A DNA stretch of 64,000 nt from Tubiluchus corallicola (lineage: Eukaryota > Animalia > Priapulida), in assembly GCA_030141605.1 (NCBI GenBank), contig JAQGDQ010000122.1, positions 517,320 to 581,319 on the forward strand, in the 5' to 3' direction. A program made the position numbers and the translations under genes. Within the stretch, counting starts at the first letter, position 1, and the number at the start of each line of letters is the position of its first letter. Below the pieces are notes generated by a model that ran no database searches, was not told where the DNA came from, and saw nothing but the letters and a program-made list of their open reading frames with translations. Below are positions 58,653-64,000 of this stretch, one piece after another.

Positions 58653-60754
58653 CCCTACATGATCTGAGTTATAATAGCTCAGTTATAATAGCTGAGTTTT
58701 AATAATGAAACTAAAAGACCTGCTTCAACATTTTCAGCAGTGATAATAAGAACACAGTTTAGTTTTTGTACTGTTTACTGTTTGTAAGTACTGTTTACGG
58801 ATTGTTTGTAATCATTGTTTACTTTGAGATGCATTATCATAGCTGTAAAATATTAGTGGAAAATAATTTATGCTGGTATTTGTGAATTCCATGTGAATCA
58901 TTATTAGGCCTATTTGTATTTACGTCAAGAAATTTGAATCAAAACACTTCAATCATATCTTACCTGATCATCTATAATTTGATTGTTTGATTACACTCTG
59001 ACTTATAATTATTAGAAACTAAAAATGTAGTTAAAATTATTCTTAACGTTAATGAAACCGAGAATAGTAAAATCAAAATATGTCTTCTTCGAAATCTAAT
59101 CTAACTTCTATTTTTTTATTATTAACTTTAGTTTACTTTTTACGTCATTTAATTTAATTAATAAATTAATGCAATTCAGTTTCTATGTTGAGGGCTCCCG
59201 AACTCAACGTGGTTCGGGCTACCCTGGCATAAATCAAGCCATGGCTAGAGTGTTTGCAACAATTATTCTTCCTATTATTGTATAGATATTTAATTAGGGA
59301 AACATGTAAGCGGTAGCACCAACTGTCATACAGCCACCAATGCAACAGTCGTCTGTAGTTACCAAGAGCAAAGCAATTGATTTTACTTCTACCATGACTA
59401 CTAAACATCAATGTCCACATTCAAGTTGTGACTGCTGGTTTGTTATGATAAAAGCAATTACGTCTATGGTACGGTCCATTTATGTAGTAACAGTGCAAAA
59501 ATGTAGGTTGCGTTTGTGGCATAGAGAATTTTACAAGCTTACTAATCGTAAAATAGAGAAGTGTTTTTATAGTCTAACCAGGTATGTATACATGTGAAAT
59601 CTATCTTGTCAATCCGTGGTAGGTTGCTGGGTGTACTTCCCCCAACCATGTGAGGGTAATCTCAATTAGCAGTTTATAGGGTAATTTTTGTGACCTTTCT
59701 CAGTTCTATTTGGGTTATTTCACAATCAAGAATTACCGATTTTCATCAAATATAAAGTAGATAGTATTACTTTACCCAGGTTTTCAATTTCTGGCGTCCT
59801 GATCTTTCTCATTATGTTCTCCTTGCTTGGTTATCTAGTCATTTGAAAGGCAGGTCGCATGACACATTGTAGTACATAATCCAGAACTTGCACGAAATAA
59901 ATTATTTCACCAAATGGGACAACATCAGGTGGAAAATGTCAAGTATATTGCCATGGATATGTATTCATGATGGTTTGTGCAGGTACTTTAGTTGCTAGCT
60001 CGATGCTATAATATTGCCACAGGAAAATGTGTTTTTCGAGACATCTTTAAATCTTGTTAGTTCAAGAAAGTTTTTCTAAGCATGAGTGACTGTCCTTGCT
60101 TTTATTCTTTTATTACATTAACTGCGGCAAATTTTCGAAATCAAGGCCAGTAAAAGCACCACAATTGAACAATTTCAGCAAATGCTTCAGTAATAACAAA
60201 TGCTTGTGATCGAACTTTACAGATACTGAAAACTTTTCATCATAAAAATCTCCAAACATGTTGCTACTTTCGGAGTCAAAACGTGCAGATTTCTGTCTTC
60301 ACTTTTATGCAGGTATCAATGAGGACGGATAATTTTTAACCATGGATCAAATGAAACCCTCTACACGTAACGGAATTTTGGCCGTGTCTTAAGCTTTGAA
60401 AATGTGCAAACTGTGAGAATGTGTCCTGTGTTGTAAGGCTATTCAACAGTGAATACCTTAAGTTAGCTGTTTTCCTGTTGATGTGCAGAATCAGTCTTCG
60501 CTCTTTTTGCTCCGTTGATGATGCGTTGTCGTTAATAACACGAGTATGTTAAGATCGTTTAAGGAACGCCTAAGTGAAGTCAGGTTAATAGTCATTAATA
60601 GGATTTGAAACTGCCAAGAATTATTAAATTAACTAATACATGTCTTAATCCAATTAGCTAAACTGACTTTATAGTATATGAAGATTCGAAACACTGAATT
60701 TGGTCGGTCAGTTATAAGAGGTGAACCATGGAGAGCGTTGATCACTGAGGAATA

Positions 60755-60820
60755 TGGTGGTTTGTTTGTTCAAGGCGCCTGCTCTGTAGGCAGAAAGTCC
60801 CTGGTTCAAATCCAGGCTAT
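60755..60820 (+). mobile_element. tRNA-derived SINE-like fragment
   Basis: A ctgc-tctgtag-gcag anticodon-arm-like stem is followed by CCTGGTTCAAATCCAGG (T-arm with B box). The 5' half is degenerate. Confidence 0.4.
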
Positions 60821-61063
60821 ATTACAACTTTTCACATTTCCTACGGTTCAAATTCGGTATTAAAATTTACTTAGCTGTAGGTTTACAATTAACGTAGTTT
60901 ACAGTTACATAGCTTCAAGGTTCTGAGATTAAATTTTTGCATTGTATTCAATCTCAGAAACTGAGTGAAGCATTACAGCCCTTGATGAACACACTGACCA
61001 ATCGGGTTACCGTTTACTAACGGTTACTATTAATACTGTCTGTTTCAGCAAAATTTTGCTGTC

Positions 61064-63467
61064 ATGGTTCCCGTGGAAACAGCACCTCTTCCGCAGAGTA
61101 ATGAAGCTGCACTGAAGACAAAAGAGCATAAGAAACGGATGATTGCTATTGTACTCTTGGTACTTGGCTCTTTGTCATTTGTTGGAGGCATCATCATGTC
61201 TGCTCTATTTACCAGTGCTATGGTTGTTTTAAATTTCAGGTTGGTTACCTACTAAAAACTAAGATTGTTTTTATATTTTAATATTTAAAAATATTTTAAT
61301 GTATCTGAGTAGTAGACACTTGTCATCTTTGCACCACCTTTTGCGCCTAATCCAACCTCGATGTTGACTCGAGGGTCAAAGTTCCGAAAGCTTAGAACAG
61401 TAAATCTGCACAAAAATGAGGAAAAATTAAAAATGTATAGTACTTAAGTTGCTACATGGTGAATCCAAGAGAAACGGTGCAGCAGAAATAACATTATACT
61501 GATAAATAACTGTTAAGTAATGCAGTTGGGTGTTAAATCATGTAACAAAATATTACTTGAGTGTAATATAGTAACACTACGTAACTATTATTGACCACAG
61601 TATACTATAGGTGACTATAAGTTGTTTTTTTTTATTTTAAGTCCGTGACGGCGTTTTGAAGATGCATTTTCCTTAAAAAATAAAGAGACGTTACGAGTGT
61701 TTGAATGTTATGACTCTGTGATTTTCGTACTATTAAAAACAGCTTAATGTTTTAACATTAGTAGAGTTAAAACAACATCTTCACATCAGTACATGTACTT
61801 AAAAATAATTATAAATAGCTCGTGTTATACTGTGTTTAACGTTAATTTATAATACCCAGTCGATCTTATTAACAGCCAATTGAAGCTGGAGCCATAATAT
61901 ACAAGTATAAGCTTGTGCTGCCATCGATTGGCAATTACAAAAAATGGAAATGAGCGTAGTAGTAGTAGGCAGGAGAATACGGATCGTTTTAAGGAATAGA
62001 AGGCAGTGATAAATTGACGAATTGCCTTTCTTTCTTCTAGCTAGTAATAATGTGAAGTGAAAAAAGAACTGTTACTACGTTTTAAGGAATAGAAGGCAGT
62101 GATAAATTGACGAATTGCCTTTCTTTCTTCTAGCTAGTAATAATGTGAAGTGAAAACAGAACTGTTACTACGTTTTAAGGAATAGAAGGCAGTGATAAAT
62201 TGACGAATTGCCTTTCTTTCTTCTAGCTAGTAATAATGTGAAGTGAAAAAAGAACTGTTACTAAAAGTTGTCAATGTGTTAAATGTAATTTGAGAAAGAA
62301 CTCAACTTTTTACTACAAGTATTCATATTCTAATGAGGCAATAAAATGAATAAACTTCACTATTTAGCTCATTTTTACGAGTTACTTTATTACGCGGATA
62401 ATTTTATTATTACAAGTTAATGCGAGGGCGTGTTTTGCATTTCCTCTACTTCCTACACACAAACACTTTAGGTCTACAATCTGGGCCCAGTATGAATACT
62501 AAACTTGCCCAAAACTAAATTGCACAACAACTGAACACGATCCGGTTTTAATAACATAGGGATAACTCTTAATGATAAGAATCGACACAATTACTCTGGC
62601 TTGTTTCTGCATAATTTTGTATCAAACAAAAAAAGCACAAGCAATCATTAAATAATATTTTTTGGAAAAGCACACTGAACACTGCAGAAAATACCCACAC
62701 GCGTTAAGGAACACAATCACAAGAAAACACCAGCAAAAGAGTTCAGCGCGGATAAAAACTCTAGCAAGCTTTGTGTTTTTCCCCGATTGTGTTCTCTCCT
62801 GTGTGATATTTTCTGTGGTTTGCAGTGAACGTGTTTATTACAAAATCCAAAAAATGTTGTGCTTGTGCCACTTCTTTTTGATTTGAAGATAGTCCAGAGT
62901 GCTGTACTGAATCATCGTGTTTTTTCTTCATTGTGCTACTTGTTATTAATTAGTCATTTGTTAACGCTATCGCACAGCTGGTTTTTACTTTTGCTTTCAC
63001 TTGTTTATTTCAGTGCTATTGTGTACTACTACTTGGGAGAAGTTCTTCTGTATAGTGTTGGAGCTATCCTTTTAATCATTGGATTAATCCTCCTGTTCTA
63101 CAGAAAATCCAACAGGCGAGTCACAGTAATTACAAACAGGGGTTACGCCCATAATGGGCCAGTCTCCTCGGTCTACCGAAACGGATACAACCACGGTACA
63201 ACTGTAGTCAGTCACAATACCTTCAGCGGAGGGCCAAGCTTTGGCCTTGGTGGATACAATACCTACAACACAAGATACGGCAATTATGGTATGCAGATGA
63301 ATCCTGGGTATCCGCCCGGTGGACCACATCAAGGTTTAAGTGCCGGAGCATCAGCGCCTGGTTCAGATGTCAAAGAGACAACAGATCAAGGATTTACGTT
63401 CAGTGGTAAATCGCTTCCTCCACCGCCATCTTATGATGTGGCTACAAATGCCACTAGTTTGCCATAA
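61064..63467 (+). CDS. Uncharacterised two-pass membrane protein with G/Y/N-rich tail and C-terminal PPxY motif, 209 aa
   Basis: Exon 61064-61239 (ends AG|gttggt) joins in phase to exon 63014-63467 (acceptor ttgtttatttcag|T). Two hydrophobic segments, MIAIVLLVLGSLSFVGGIIMSALF and VLLYSVGAILLIIGLILLFY, are followed by RK. The tail ends LPPPPSYDVAT. An acceptor just upstream of the ATG (tgtttcag, 61041-61048) implies a non-coding first exon. Confidence 0.8.
61985..62263. repeat. Tandem repeat, 3 x 93 bp, in the intron of the PPxY membrane-protein gene
   Basis: Units start at 61985, 62078 and 62171 (CGTTTTAAGGAATAGAAGGCAGTG...GAACTGTTACTA). One substitution seen, in unit 2. Confidence 0.97.
62670..62835. 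repeat. Imperfect inverted repeat (old foldback/MITE)
   Basis: The left arm CACTG...CAGAAAATACCCACAC...GAACACAATC...GAAAACAC pairs with the right arm GTGTTTTTC...GATTGTGTTC...GTGTGATATTTTCTG...CAGTG. Confidence 0.6.
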
Positions 63468-64000
63468 TGGAAGTTCAAGTCACAAAACCATTTACGTGAT
63501 TTTGTAACATTTGTTTGGTTTAGCAAATCTGTGATATTTCTGTGCTTAGTGCAATTTTAGACTCAACCAAATTTAACGTTTCTCATTTAAACGGCCAAAC
63601 AAATCGCTTAGCAATCCCTACAGAAACCAGGAACCAAATTTAGCTGAGTATGGCTAGGTTTCACAATGCATCGTTACAGACACTAATGTAAGGCCTACTA
63701 ACAAAAATGTGGTATTCCTATTGTAATCTTATTCCCATTGAAAACGCACAGACTGTTTGTAGTACAGACATATTAATGTACTGTGAGTCTATGAACATTG
63801 AACTACTGTGTGATGTGAGTTAGTCATATATCAAACCGAAAGACTACAAGTGAACAGTAACTCCAAAATGAACGTAAGGCTTCGTCAATAAGGAAAATTC
63901 GATCTGAACCTGAATGTCAAACACAAGAAAGAAGTTCATATTTGTGTCGCATTTGCACATAAAAACGTGTGAACAACTTTTCGTACATCTGCTTGAATTT

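Noticed and set aside
61985-62263. Tandem array as a CRISPR array or a miR-34-like cluster (contains AGGCAGTG)
   Set aside because: The units are identical end to end with no unique spacers, and the context is eukaryotic. The hairpin is too short and the seed-like 8-mer abuts the loop, unlike a pre-miRNA.
62859-63013. Hydrophobic N-terminal part of the 202-aa ORF
   Set aside because: It is the T-rich intron end and polypyrimidine tract before the acceptor at 63013, and the ORF start is not an ATG.

Overview
AT-rich, intron-rich eukaryotic DNA, most likely from an invertebrate animal; there is no sign of prokaryotic operons or CRISPR. Four protein-coding genes could be reconstructed by hand. 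(1) An ecdysoneless/SGT1-family gene (ECD, minus strand, 6692-8641, 649 aa) whose CDS has no introns. (2) RUVBL1/pontin (plus, 11610-20869, 9 coding exons, 456 aa), head-to-head with ECD about 3 kb away. (3) A convergent LRIG gene (minus, 56984-24143, 21 coding exons, about 1028 aa; signal peptide, LRRs, 3 Ig domains, TM helix, tail). (4) A two-exon gene for a small two-TM protein ending in a PPxY motif (plus, 61064-63467, 209 aa). Introns carry two near-identical inverted 455-bp TA-flanked MITEs, a TTAA-flanked MITE, a hAT relic, tRNA- and 5S-derived SINE-like fragments, a ~670-bp (CT)n tract and a 3x93-bp tandem repeat; a LINE 3' relic lies in the left intergenic region. The most notable observations are the divergent pairing of ECD and RUVBL1 (known partners in the R2TP co-chaperone system), a triplicated in-frame splice donor and a GC-AG intron in RUVBL1, and the inverted MITE pair spanning RUVBL1 and LRIG. 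All gene models are read from sequence only and have no transcript support.
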